Assembly (NCBI GenBank): GCA_020852835.1
Contig: JADZAC010000049.1
Span: 19,378 to 83,377, forward strand
Reading direction: 5' to 3'
Length of the DNA: 64,000 nucleotides
From: Flavobacteriales bacterium
Lineage (GTDB): Bacteria > Bacteroidota > Bacteroidia > Flavobacteriales_F > PHOS-HE28
The translations under genes and the position numbers were made by a program. The notes under the pieces were generated by a model. It was given only the letters and a program-made list of their open reading frames with translations, was not told the DNA's origin and searched no databases. Positions within the stretch are counted from its first letter, which is position 1; every line of letters begins with the position of its first letter. Of the stretch, positions 53,762-62,299 are shown piece after piece.

Positions 53762-54736
53762 ATGCGCGTGCACGCCAACGACGGGATTTCGCAGGAAGGA
53801 AAGCAACTGCTGGAGGAGCAGGACTTCACCATCACCACGGAGCATGTGGCCCAAGAGCAACTGGCCGCGTACCTGAACGCGGAAAAGGTGGATGCCCTGC
53901 TGGTGCGCAGCGCCACCAAAGTGCGCAAGGAGCTCATCGATGCCTGCCCTGGCGTAAAGTTGATCGGGCGGGGCGGCGTAGGCATGGACAACATCGACGT
54001 GGCCTATGCCCAAGGCAAAGGGATCAAGGTGGTGAATACGCCAGCCAGCAGCAGCATCAGCGTGGCCGAACTGGTGATGGCGCACCTCTTCACCCTGATG
54101 CGCGACCTGCACCAAGCCAACCGCCGCATGCCGGCCGAAGGAAACACGGCCTTCAAGGCGATGAAGAAGGAATACGGGTCGGGCACGGAATTGCGCGGGA
54201 AGACCCTGGGCATCCTGGGCCTGGGCCGAATTGGCCGCTGGGTGGCGCGCTACGCCGTGGGCGCAGGAATGAAGGTGATCTATACCGACCACAACGCCAC
54301 GGCCGATTTCATTGAGATGGAGCTCAATGGCGAAACGCACCGGGTGGGCATCAAAATGGTGCCCCTCGCGGAACTCTTGGCCAAGAGCGATGCCATCACC
54401 GTGCACGTGAACCAGAAGAGCGGAGGGGAAGCGGTGCTGGGAGCTGCGGAATTCGCGCTGATGAAGCCGGGCATGCTGCTGGTGAACACCGCCCGGGGCG
54501 CGGCCATGGATGAACAGGCGTTGATCGCAGCGCTCAAGAGCGGCCGGGTAAAGGCCGCCGGGCTGGACGTGTTCGAGAACGAACCCGCCCCGAACCCGGA
54601 ACTGCTGGGCCTGCCCAACGTGAGCCTCACCCCGCACATCGGGGCCGCCACCAGGGAAGCCCAGGACCGCATCGGGCAAGAACTGGCAGAACTGCTCACC
54701 GCCTGGCGCGACGAGGTGACCGTTGGGCGCGGATGA
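53762..54736 (+). CDS. serA: D-3-phosphoglycerate dehydrogenase, short form (D-isomer 2-hydroxyacid dehydrogenase)
   Basis: NAD-binding motif GLGRIGRWVA, catalytic His/Glu/Arg triad region, and a position immediately after serC. Confidence 0.8.
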   Translation: MRVHANDGISQEGKQLLEEQDFTITTEHVAQEQLAAYLNAEKVDALLVRSATKVRKELIDACPGVKLIGRGGVGMDNIDVAYAQGKGIKVVNTPASSSISVAELVMAHLFTLMRDLHQANRRMPAEGNTAFKAMKKEYGSGTELRGKTLGILGLGRIGRWVARYAVGAGMKVIYTDHNATADFIEMELNGETHRVGIKMVPLAELLAKSDAITVHVNQKSGGEAVLGAAEFALMKPGMLLVNTARGAAMDEQALIAALKSGRVKAAGLDVFENEPAPNPELLGLPNVSLTPHIGAATREAQDRIGQELAELLTAWRDEVTVGRG

Positions 54737-55950
54737 TCCAGGTACGCCCCTTCCGGGCATGGCGCCCCGCACCCCACACGGCTTCTTTGGTCGGCTCCCG
54801 CTCCTTCCTGAACTATTCACCCGAGCAGGTCCGGGAACGATTGGCAGGCAACCCCTACTCTTTTCTGCACATCCTCCATGCCGGCCACGACGATGCCGGA
54901 CTGACGCGCGGGGAACATTTTGATGCCGTTCGCCGCAAATTCATCGAGTTCGTTGACAAAGGCTACTTGCTTCGCGAGTCCGCCAGGGCCTTCTACGTCT
55001 ATGAGCAAAGTTGCGGCAGCTTTACCTCGCACGGCCTGATCGGCGCCGTGGATGTGGAGGACTATCGGCAAGGCCTGGTGAAGGTGCATGAACAGACCCT
55101 TGCCGCACGGGAGGAACTGTTCGAGGAATACCTGGACCACACCGGCATCAATGCTGAACCCGTGTTGCTTGCCGTTCCCCGCGCACGCAACTTCGAGGCG
55201 GAATTGGAAAGCATTACCCGAAGGTCCACGCTGTTCGATTTCTGCACCACCGACATGGTGCGGCACCGCTTCTGGAAAGTGGACCACCCGGATGACCTGG
55301 GCCGCTTTGCCGCACGATTCGGAGAGATCAAGGCGGTGTACATCGCCGACGGGCACCACCGCTGCGCCAGCAGCGCCAGGCTGGCCCAAAGCCGCAACGC
55401 CGGGCCGAACAGCCCCAAGGCGGCCTTCCTGGCATACCTGGTGCCTGAAAGCCACTTGCACATCTACAACTTCGACCGGGCGGTGAAAGGCCTCAACGGT
55501 CTTTCCGACCAGGCCTTCCTGGAAGCCATGGGCCGAACCGGCGCCATTCACCCTTTGCCCGACGGCCCAACGGTTCCCGACCCAGGCAATGTGCAGTTCT
55601 TCCTGCGCAGCGGTTGGTACAACCTTGCCCTGCCCGCTCCGGCAGGATCCTCACCCGTGGACCAACTGGATGCGGCAAGGCTGAGCGCCGCTGTATTGGC
55701 GCCGCTCTTGGGCATTACGGACCTGCGCAGCGACCCGCGCGTGCGTTTTGTTCCCGGCATGCTGGGGCCGGGCGAACTGGAACGATCGGTGATGGCCGGC
55801 CAAACCGATGCCGGTTTCCACCTGCGCGCGGTTTCCTTCGCGGAAATGCGCACCGTGGCCGACCACCGCGAGTGCATGCCTCCGAAGTCCACTTGGATCG
55901 AGCCTAAATTGCGCAGCGGGCTCACCATCTACTCGCTGGAGGACCACTGA
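54733..55950 (+). CDS. DUF1015-family protein
   Basis: About 405 aa with the conserved N-terminus IQVRPFRAWRP. Its start overlaps the serA stop as ATGA. Confidence 0.65.
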   Translation: MIQVRPFRAWRPAPHTASLVGSRSFLNYSPEQVRERLAGNPYSFLHILHAGHDDAGLTRGEHFDAVRRKFIEFVDKGYLLRESARAFYVYEQSCGSFTSHGLIGAVDVEDYRQGLVKVHEQTLAAREELFEEYLDHTGINAEPVLLAVPRARNFEAELESITRRSTLFDFCTTDMVRHRFWKVDHPDDLGRFAARFGEIKAVYIADGHHRCASSARLAQSRNAGPNSPKAAFLAYLVPESHLHIYNFDRAVKGLNGLSDQAFLEAMGRTGAIHPLPDGPTVPDPGNVQFFLRSGWYNLALPAPAGSSPVDQLDAARLSAAVLAPLLGITDLRSDPRVRFVPGMLGPGELERSVMAGQTDAGFHLRAVSFAEMRTVADHRECMPPKSTWIEPKLRSGLTIYSLEDH

Positions 55951-56627
55951 TGGACAAGGTGCTTTTGGCCGAGCGCTACAACCGGGTCAAGCACAGCCTG
56001 CCCCCCGGGGTGGAGCTCATCGCCGTGAGCAAAACACGCACCGTGGAAGAGATCCAGGCGCTGTATGACCTGGGGCACCGCGCCTTCGGCGAGAATTATC
56101 CGCAGGAACTCCGCGATAAACAGCCCTTGTTGCCGGCCGATGTCCAATGGCATTTCATCGGCCACTTGCAAAGCAACAAAGTGAAGTACATGGCCCCCTT
56201 TGTGCATTTGGTGCATGGCGTGGACCGGACGGGCCTGCTGGATGAACTGGACAAGCGGGCCACCGGTGCAGACCGTACCCTCTCCGTGCTGCTTCAAGTG
56301 CATATTGCACAAGAAGCGACCAAGCATGGCTTCACGCCGCACGAGCTGCGCGAACTCTGCGCTCAAGGCAGCCTCAAAGCCCGCTGGCCGGCCTTGCAAT
56401 TCCGCGGTTTGATGGGCATGGCGACCAACACGCCCGACCAACAGCTCGTAAGCCGCGAATTCATGGCATTGGCGGCCTTGCGTGCTGAGCTGGCGGCCTC
56501 CGGAGCAGTTCCTGCGGGGCAGTTCACCGAATTGTCCATGGGCATGAGCAGCGACCTGCCAGCGGCCCTGGCCGCAGGCAGCACCATGGTGCGCATCGGC
56601 ACGGCCATCTTCGGGGAGCGGCACTGA
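55950..56627 (+). CDS. yggS: YggS-family pyridoxal-phosphate homeostasis protein
   Basis: Lys-containing motif ELIAVSKTR and the C-terminal GMSSD region. Its start overlaps the DUF1015 stop. Confidence 0.85.
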   Translation: MDKVLLAERYNRVKHSLPPGVELIAVSKTRTVEEIQALYDLGHRAFGENYPQELRDKQPLLPADVQWHFIGHLQSNKVKYMAPFVHLVHGVDRTGLLDELDKRATGADRTLSVLLQVHIAQEATKHGFTPHELRELCAQGSLKARWPALQFRGLMGMATNTPDQQLVSREFMALAALRAELAASGAVPAGQFTELSMGMSSDLPAALAAGSTMVRIGTAIFGERH

Positions 56628-57024
56628 CCGCCATTATTCCCAGGGGGATCGCATCTTGTCAGTTGGGCGACCATTTTCCTCCCCCGCTGTCCAACGGAGA
56701 TCGACCGGCCCCTCGGTTCCTCGCAGGATGCGCATCCTGAAGAGCGGGGCCGAAGCGGGATTGCCCTTTTCGCTATTGCTCAGTACAGTCCCCTTATCTT
56801 ATCCCATCAACAAGGACACGCTGGCCAGTGCGGAGCCGCAGGGCACTTGCCTGGATGCTTCGATCCCACTTCCAAGAAACAGGTTTCATCGTTCAGCATT
56901 TTACCAGGAAGACGCCTGAAAAACCTTCCTGCCGATCAGGATACGCATGGAACAGTAGCACTGCCATCATCCCCTGCCACGGAGAAATTCCTTGTTACCT
57001 TGGTTGGCCCCAAACCACCCCGTC

Positions 57025-58029
57025 ATGGGCCTGCTCCCCAGTCCAGCCCGGACCTTGCTGGCAACCTGCTGCCTTTGTGCCGGTGCGCTTTGCGCGCAGA
57101 AAAACCTCGACATCGGCGTGCAGGCCGGTGGCGCCCACATGGCCGGCGATCTGGGCAATTGGACCGGGCCTGTGCAATGGAACGGCATCCGCCCGGCGGT
57201 GTCCATCACCTTCCGCGATTACCTGAACAACCCTCGGCGGTACATCACCCGGTCCATTACCACCGAGAGCCGGATCAGTTGGCACCGGCTGGGCTACAAT
57301 GAACTTGCCCCTACCCGCGGCAAACAAGGTGTGGAGCTGCCCAACTACAGGCGTGGCCTGAACTTCCGCAACGACCTGTTCGGCATCAGCCAGCACTTGG
57401 TGCTCAACATGTACCGGCATCCCGGGCAGCCCCTGTTCCAGCAGCACATTCACGCGTTCGCCTTCGTTGGGATCGGCTTGTTCCGCGGTCGCCCCAAGGC
57501 GGACCTGTTCCACGGCCCCGCCGACCTGGCCAACCGGTATTACCCTTGGGCGGATGGCACCATCCGCGACAAGCCCCGGGGACAGGCTGATGCGCAGGCG
57601 ATCGGCCAGGACGGCAACTATGAAACCGACTTGTACGATTGGATCACGGAAGGCAGCATGGTAGACAAGGTTCCCAGTGCGTGGCATGTAGGCATCCCAA
57701 TGGGCTTCGGAGTACGCTATCTGGCCACCCGCCAGCTGTCGGTCGGCCTGGAGTGCAGTTACTACATGTTCTTCACCGACCTGCTCGATGCCGTGAGCGA
57801 CCGGTATGCCACCTACGCGGAACTGGCGCAAGCCTATCCGGACAACACCACCCAGATGATGGCGCGCTACATCAGCGACCCCACGGGCTGGGGCACCAAC
57901 GGGCAGGAGAGCGTGTTCAGCAGCCGGCGCGGAAACCCCGGGCTGCCGGATGCCTTCAGTTCCCTCAGCGTGGAGGTGTGCTACAAGTTCAAGCGCAACA
58001 CCCAGCGCCGCAGTTTTGTGTCGCTCTAG
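57025..58029 (+). CDS. Putative outer-membrane beta-barrel protein of unknown function
   Basis: Signal peptide MGLLPSPARTLLATCCLCAGALCAQ. Alternating hydrophobic and aromatic beta-strand pattern. Confidence 0.4.
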   Translation: MGLLPSPARTLLATCCLCAGALCAQKNLDIGVQAGGAHMAGDLGNWTGPVQWNGIRPAVSITFRDYLNNPRRYITRSITTESRISWHRLGYNELAPTRGKQGVELPNYRRGLNFRNDLFGISQHLVLNMYRHPGQPLFQQHIHAFAFVGIGLFRGRPKADLFHGPADLANRYYPWADGTIRDKPRGQADAQAIGQDGNYETDLYDWITEGSMVDKVPSAWHVGIPMGFGVRYLATRQLSVGLECSYYMFFTDLLDAVSDRYATYAELAQAYPDNTTQMMARYISDPTGWGTNGQESVFSSRRGNPGLPDAFSSLSVEVCYKFKRNTQRRSFVSL

Positions 58030-58033
58030 CGTC

Positions 58034-58420
58034 TCAAGGCACGTAGGCCGCTTGGTTGATCACTGCGCAAGCCTGTGAGGTATCGGCATGGGCCTCCAGG
58101 GTGCGCACGCCCCCGTCCACCCACACGGCCATATCGCCGATGGCCGAATCCGGCCACAACCTGCAGGCCCGGAGAAACAGGTTATCGCCATCCTTCAACT
58201 GCACCGTCCACTGTGTGGTTTCGGGAACCGTATCTCCAGTACCGGCATCGACCATTCCGTAGAGGGTATCTGTCTTCGACTGTGCCGCGCCTACGGCATA
58301 GCTCACCACGCAATCCTTGCAGGTGGCATGCATAGTGGCACTGAACACCGGCTCTTCCTTGGTGCACGCCGCAACCAGGAACAGGCTTCCGAAGAGTATG
58401 GGCAACTGGCGGATCCGCAT
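58034..58420 (-). CDS. Small lipoprotein of unknown function
   Basis: Lipobox LVAAC after MRIRQLPILFGSLF. About 129 aa. The upstream part of the table ORF is Gly/Arg-rich frame noise, so the start was moved to the internal Met. Confidence 0.4.
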   Translation of the reverse strand: MRIRQLPILFGSLFLVAACTKEEPVFSATMHATCKDCVVSYAVGAAQSKTDTLYGMVDAGTGDTVPETTQWTVQLKDGDNLFLRACRLWPDSAIGDMAVWVDGGVRTLEAHADTSQACAVINQAAYVP

Positions 58421-58449
58421 GGGCTGCAAATTACGCTCGGCACCACCGT

Positions 58450-59532
58450 TCACATCCTCCGGTACCACCCCTTGATCCGCTCGCGGTCCAGCACCTGCTC
58501 CCAATCCGGGCCGAAGGCATGGTCCCACATGTGCGGCAGCGCGTAGGCCACTTCCGCCATCGCGCTGATGGTCTCCTCGCTCCAACCCTTCGCCAGCCCT
58601 TGCGGGATATGGACCTGGTTGTGCTTCACCATGCCCTTGAACTCCTGCACGTAGGCGCCATACACGTCCTCCAGCTTGTCGAAGGCGATGCAGTTGGCAA
58701 TGCAGTGGTGGATGTCCAGCACTTTGCCCAAGCCGTAGCTCAGCGCGTGGCACACGCCCACCTCGCTGTACGTCAGGCTGAGGCCGCCCATGTAGCTCGC
58801 CACCATCAGCAGTTCGTCGCTCTTGGGGTCGGTGCGGTCCAGCTCCAAGTACACGTGGCGGCACATCTCCAGCGCCTTTTCACTGTACGCCTCGGCGAAG
58901 GTGTTCTTCTTGGTGCCGGTGATGGCCTCCACGCTGTGGATGTAGGTATCCATGCCGGTGTAGAACCACTGGTCCTGCGGCACGGTGGCGATCAGGTCGG
59001 GGTCCAGCACGATCTGGTCGCAGACGGTCCAGTCGCACTTAAGGCCCAGTTTCTTCACCGGGCCAGTGAGCACGGCGGTCATGCTCACCTCCGCGCCGGT
59101 GCCGCTGATGGTGGGCACCACGCAATGCCAGATGCCCGGCTTCTTGATCAGGTTCAGGCCCTGGTACTGCACGCTGCTGCCCTCGTTGGTGAACATCAGC
59201 GAGGTGGCCTTGGCGATGTCCATCAGCGTGCCGCCGCCGATGCCGATGATGCCGGCCGGAAGCCCCTTTCGCCCGAGCACGTCATCGCGCAGCGCATCGA
59301 TCTGCGAGGTCTTGGGTTCGTCCTTGGCGCTGATGAAGAAGAGTTCATCACCCTCCTGCACCGGCAGGCGCTTCTTGAAATCTTCCTTGTCGGCGAACCA
59401 ATCGTCCACCACAAAGACCATGAAGCCTTTGTTGGTACTGCGGTGCGGCGCAAGGATCTCGCCCAGTTTATCGAACGAGCCGCGGCCGTAGCAGGTCTTG
59501 GTCACGGACTTGAAATTGCGGAAGAGGTTCAT
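58450..59532 (-). CDS. Iron-containing (class III) alcohol dehydrogenase family oxidoreductase
   Basis: Motif GIGGGTLMDIAKA and metal-binding His cluster (HALSYGLG...HHC). 360 aa. Confidence 0.6.
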   Translation of the reverse strand: MNLFRNFKSVTKTCYGRGSFDKLGEILAPHRSTNKGFMVFVVDDWFADKEDFKKRLPVQEGDELFFISAKDEPKTSQIDALRDDVLGRKGLPAGIIGIGGGTLMDIAKATSLMFTNEGSSVQYQGLNLIKKPGIWHCVVPTISGTGAEVSMTAVLTGPVKKLGLKCDWTVCDQIVLDPDLIATVPQDQWFYTGMDTYIHSVEAITGTKKNTFAEAYSEKALEMCRHVYLELDRTDPKSDELLMVASYMGGLSLTYSEVGVCHALSYGLGKVLDIHHCIANCIAFDKLEDVYGAYVQEFKGMVKHNQVHIPQGLAKGWSEETISAMAEVAYALPHMWDHAFGPDWEQVLDRERIKGWYRRM

Positions 59533-59540
59533 GGGGGAGG

Positions 59541-59570
59541 GATCAGGCGATCAGAAGATCAGATGATCAG
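59541..59570. repeat. Tandem array of four GATCAGNN octamers immediately upstream of the Fe-ADH start
   Basis: GATCAGGC GATCAGAA GATCAGAT GATCAG, 9 nt from the ATG of the minus-strand gene. Confidence 0.7.
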
Positions 59571-59855
59571 AAAATCGGGGGATTGCGGTGCAAAGGAACG
59601 GCGTAAAGCGTTGTTGTTGGGCGTGCCCCTCTCCCACCCGCGTGGCCGCGCACGGGTCCGGCCATCCGCTGTGGCCGGCCTTGCCCGCTTGGCGGCGCAT
59701 CGGGCTGCGGGGTCCCTCCTGCGTCGTGCCTCCTCGCTCCGTGCGCCGGTCCTGAGCGGGGCCGAAGGGCGCATGCTTCGGCCGGGCCGCCGCTCCTGTC
59801 CGTCACGCAAACCGCGCGTTGTGGCTATCCTTGTGCCTTACACAACCTCCCCGCC

Positions 59856-60287
59856 ATGCACTGCACCACCGAATGCCTGGCCAACCTCGGCCTCACACCC
59901 GCCCACCTGCTTCAACTGGCCTTTAGCGCCTTTGTCGCCGTGCTTTTCATCCAATCCGGGCTGGACAAGGTGTTCAACTGGAAAAGCGAGAAGGATTTTT
60001 ATACCAAGCACTTCGCCAAGAGCATCCTCAACGGCTCGGTGTTCCTGCTGATGCCGGTGATCACGATGATGGAGCTTGCAGCAGGGTTGTTCTCGGCGGC
60101 CGGTTTCTTCCAAGTATTCTTCTCCGGAAACACCAGCCTGGGTACGCTGGGCATGCTCCTGGCCTGTGCCGCGCTCACCATGCTCTTTTTCGGCCAGCGC
60201 GTGGCCAAGGATTACAAAGGGGCGGCGGTGCTGGTGCCTTACTTTCTGCTTGCCGCCGGTGGCTTGTGGGCGTTCACCATGGCCTAG
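59856..60287 (+). CDS. DoxX-family membrane protein
   Basis: 143 aa with four TM helices and a DoxX-like pattern (LQLAFSAFVAVLFIQSGLDKVFNW). Confidence 0.65.
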   Translation: MHCTTECLANLGLTPAHLLQLAFSAFVAVLFIQSGLDKVFNWKSEKDFYTKHFAKSILNGSVFLLMPVITMMELAAGLFSAAGFFQVFFSGNTSLGTLGMLLACAALTMLFFGQRVAKDYKGAAVLVPYFLLAAGGLWAFTMA

Positions 60288-60329
60288 TGGACGGGGTGGG
60301 CCGGGTTCCTCCCGGTCCACCCCGTCCAC
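60287..60329. repeat. Palindromic element, copy A (19-bp stem, 5-nt loop). Probable bidirectional terminator.
   Basis: GTGGACGGGGTGGGCCGGG ttcct CCCGGTCCACCCCGTCCAC, starting at the doxX stop codon. Confidence 0.7.
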
Positions 60330-60462
60330 ATAGGGAAGCTGGTGCGCCGGCCTGACGGAAACCCCGCGTTAGGGATGGCAGCGGAAAGCCCGGCCCCTCT
60401 GCGTGGCGCGCGCGCGACGGCGGGGCAACGCCCAAAATCCCGGCTTGAACGCATTGATGACC

Positions 60463-62115
60463 TCACGGGGAGGCTACCACCAGTTTCGCCATCGCCCGGA
60501 CGTTGCTCCCTTCTGCAACTACAAGATAGGTGGCTGGTGCCAGTGAGCTTATGTCCAGTTCAAGGTTGTGGCTGGATCCAATGCTGTTTTGCTCTGCCAC
60601 AATGCGCCCGGTGAGGTCCAAGATGCGCACTTGCACCGGTGTGCCCAATGCCGCCAAGCCCGAAAGCACGCAGGTGTTCACCGCCGGGTTGGGGGCAAGG
60701 TTCAGTGATGCTTGGCGCTCGATGTTGCCAATGCCCATCGGAAAATTCACGGTCTCGCAGGCCGTGTTATCATTCGGGTCCCGGTCTGCAAGGTGGTCGG
60801 GGGCAAGGGCCACGATGCAGATCTCGCCGGAAGCATCGGCCACTTGGCTTTGGGCAAGTCCCAAAGCCACGCCCACCACGCCGAACGGCAGGGCGATCGT
60901 ATCGCCCGGCGCCAGTGAAAAGCCCGATGTATCAATGCGATTGGTGAACGGATCGCAAAGCAGAAAAGGCACGTACTTCCACATGCTCAGCACCACGCTA
61001 TGCAAGGTGTCCGTGCCGTGGTTCACCACGAAGCCGGTGAGGTCGGCCTTCCGGTCCCAGGGGTAATAGGGAGTGCCTGAGTATTCGGTCCATGCGGAAT
61101 CCACCTGCAACAGCACCTCCACGTCCTGGTCGTGCTGTGCGGCATCACCGTTCATGGAAAGGGTGCGGATGATCCCGGTATTGCGCCCGCTGATGTCCGT
61201 GTTGCCCACGGCCAGCACTGTTCCACTGCGCACGGCGCAGCCGGTGGTGGTGAGGTTGGGCAGGGCCGGCCAAGGGAAGAGCAGCGTGGCGGTGCCGTCA
61301 TCGGCCAGTTGATAAAGGCCCGTGGCGGTGTTCACGTACAGGGCGCTGTCCGAGGGCACGAACCGGCTGTTCCCGTCCATGCCGGGCAACGCATGGCTTC
61401 CGATCGGCAACAGGTCCGGGCTGAACCGGCGCACGCTGTCATTGGCAAGAACAAAAAGGTGTAGGCCATCCCAATGCATGTCCAACACATCAGGACCGAT
61501 AGTAGCGGAAGCCAGTTCGCTCCCTTGCATGTCGACCAGTCTCAAGGCCGTACCCTTCACCAGGAACAAGATGCTGTCGCTGGCCCAGCAGATCCCATGA
61601 ACATCCCCTGATGGCACCTCAAAACCGCCCGTGGTGTTGCCCGCCAGGTCCAGGATGTACACGGAATCCGGCGATGCAATCGCAATGTGATCGATGGAGC
61701 CCTTGGCCGCCATGGTGACCGGCCAAGTGAACAACGGGGTGATGATCCTCTCCCATAACAAAGTGCCATCGGGTGTGTACCTGCGCACCTGACTGTCATT
61801 CCCTGCATAATCACACCCGTCGAACAGACCCGCTCTGAGCAAGCCACTGTCCGGCATCAGGACCACCTGCCCCATATAGCCATCATTGCCGTACTGGCCC
61901 ACTTCTTCCCAAGCGACCGTCGCATCCGCATTTCTCACGCTGATGGCATGGCTTCCGGCGGATGTGGGCCCGCCGATCACGGCCCAGCGCCCACCGCCCA
62001 CGGGCAGCGCCTGGTCCCAGTGGACCATTTCCGTGGGTTGGTCTGCCTGTTCCCAAAGCTGGGCCTGTGATGGAAAAGCAAGGACCGCCATAAAGGCAAG
62101 CAGAATGATGCGCAT
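60463..62115 (-). CDS. T9SS cargo protein: beta-propeller-like secreted protein with a C-terminal Por-secretion sorting domain
   Basis: Signal peptide MRIILLAFMAVLAFPSQAQ. Repeated D-G-T/S blades. C-terminal APNPAVNTCVLS...VQVRILDLTGRIV...ATYLVV matches a T9SS CTD. Confidence 0.6.
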   Translation of the reverse strand: MRIILLAFMAVLAFPSQAQLWEQADQPTEMVHWDQALPVGGGRWAVIGGPTSAGSHAISVRNADATVAWEEVGQYGNDGYMGQVVLMPDSGLLRAGLFDGCDYAGNDSQVRRYTPDGTLLWERIITPLFTWPVTMAAKGSIDHIAIASPDSVYILDLAGNTTGGFEVPSGDVHGICWASDSILFLVKGTALRLVDMQGSELASATIGPDVLDMHWDGLHLFVLANDSVRRFSPDLLPIGSHALPGMDGNSRFVPSDSALYVNTATGLYQLADDGTATLLFPWPALPNLTTTGCAVRSGTVLAVGNTDISGRNTGIIRTLSMNGDAAQHDQDVEVLLQVDSAWTEYSGTPYYPWDRKADLTGFVVNHGTDTLHSVVLSMWKYVPFLLCDPFTNRIDTSGFSLAPGDTIALPFGVVGVALGLAQSQVADASGEICIVALAPDHLADRDPNDNTACETVNFPMGIGNIERQASLNLAPNPAVNTCVLSGLAALGTPVQVRILDLTGRIVAEQNSIGSSHNLELDISSLAPATYLVVAEGSNVRAMAKLVVASP

Positions 62116-62207
62116 GGTTACGTGACCGGGGATTTCATCGGCTTAATGAATAGACACGCAAAAGATATGAAGTGCTGCCTGTGCTTCGCACAGGGGGCAG
62201 ATGTTCA

Positions 62208-62251
62208 GGTGGACTGGGTGGACCGGGCGTGCCCGGTCCACCCAGTCCACC
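62208..62251. repeat. Palindromic element, copy B (21-bp perfect stem, 2-nt loop)
   Basis: GGTGGACTGGGTGGACCGGGC gt GCCCGGTCCACCCAGTCCACC. Shares the GGTGGAC.GGGTGG.CCGGG core with copy A. Confidence 0.7.
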
Positions 62252-62299
62252 TTTAGAGCCTTGCAACAGGCCCTAAAAACCCAGCGGCCCTACGAGGCT

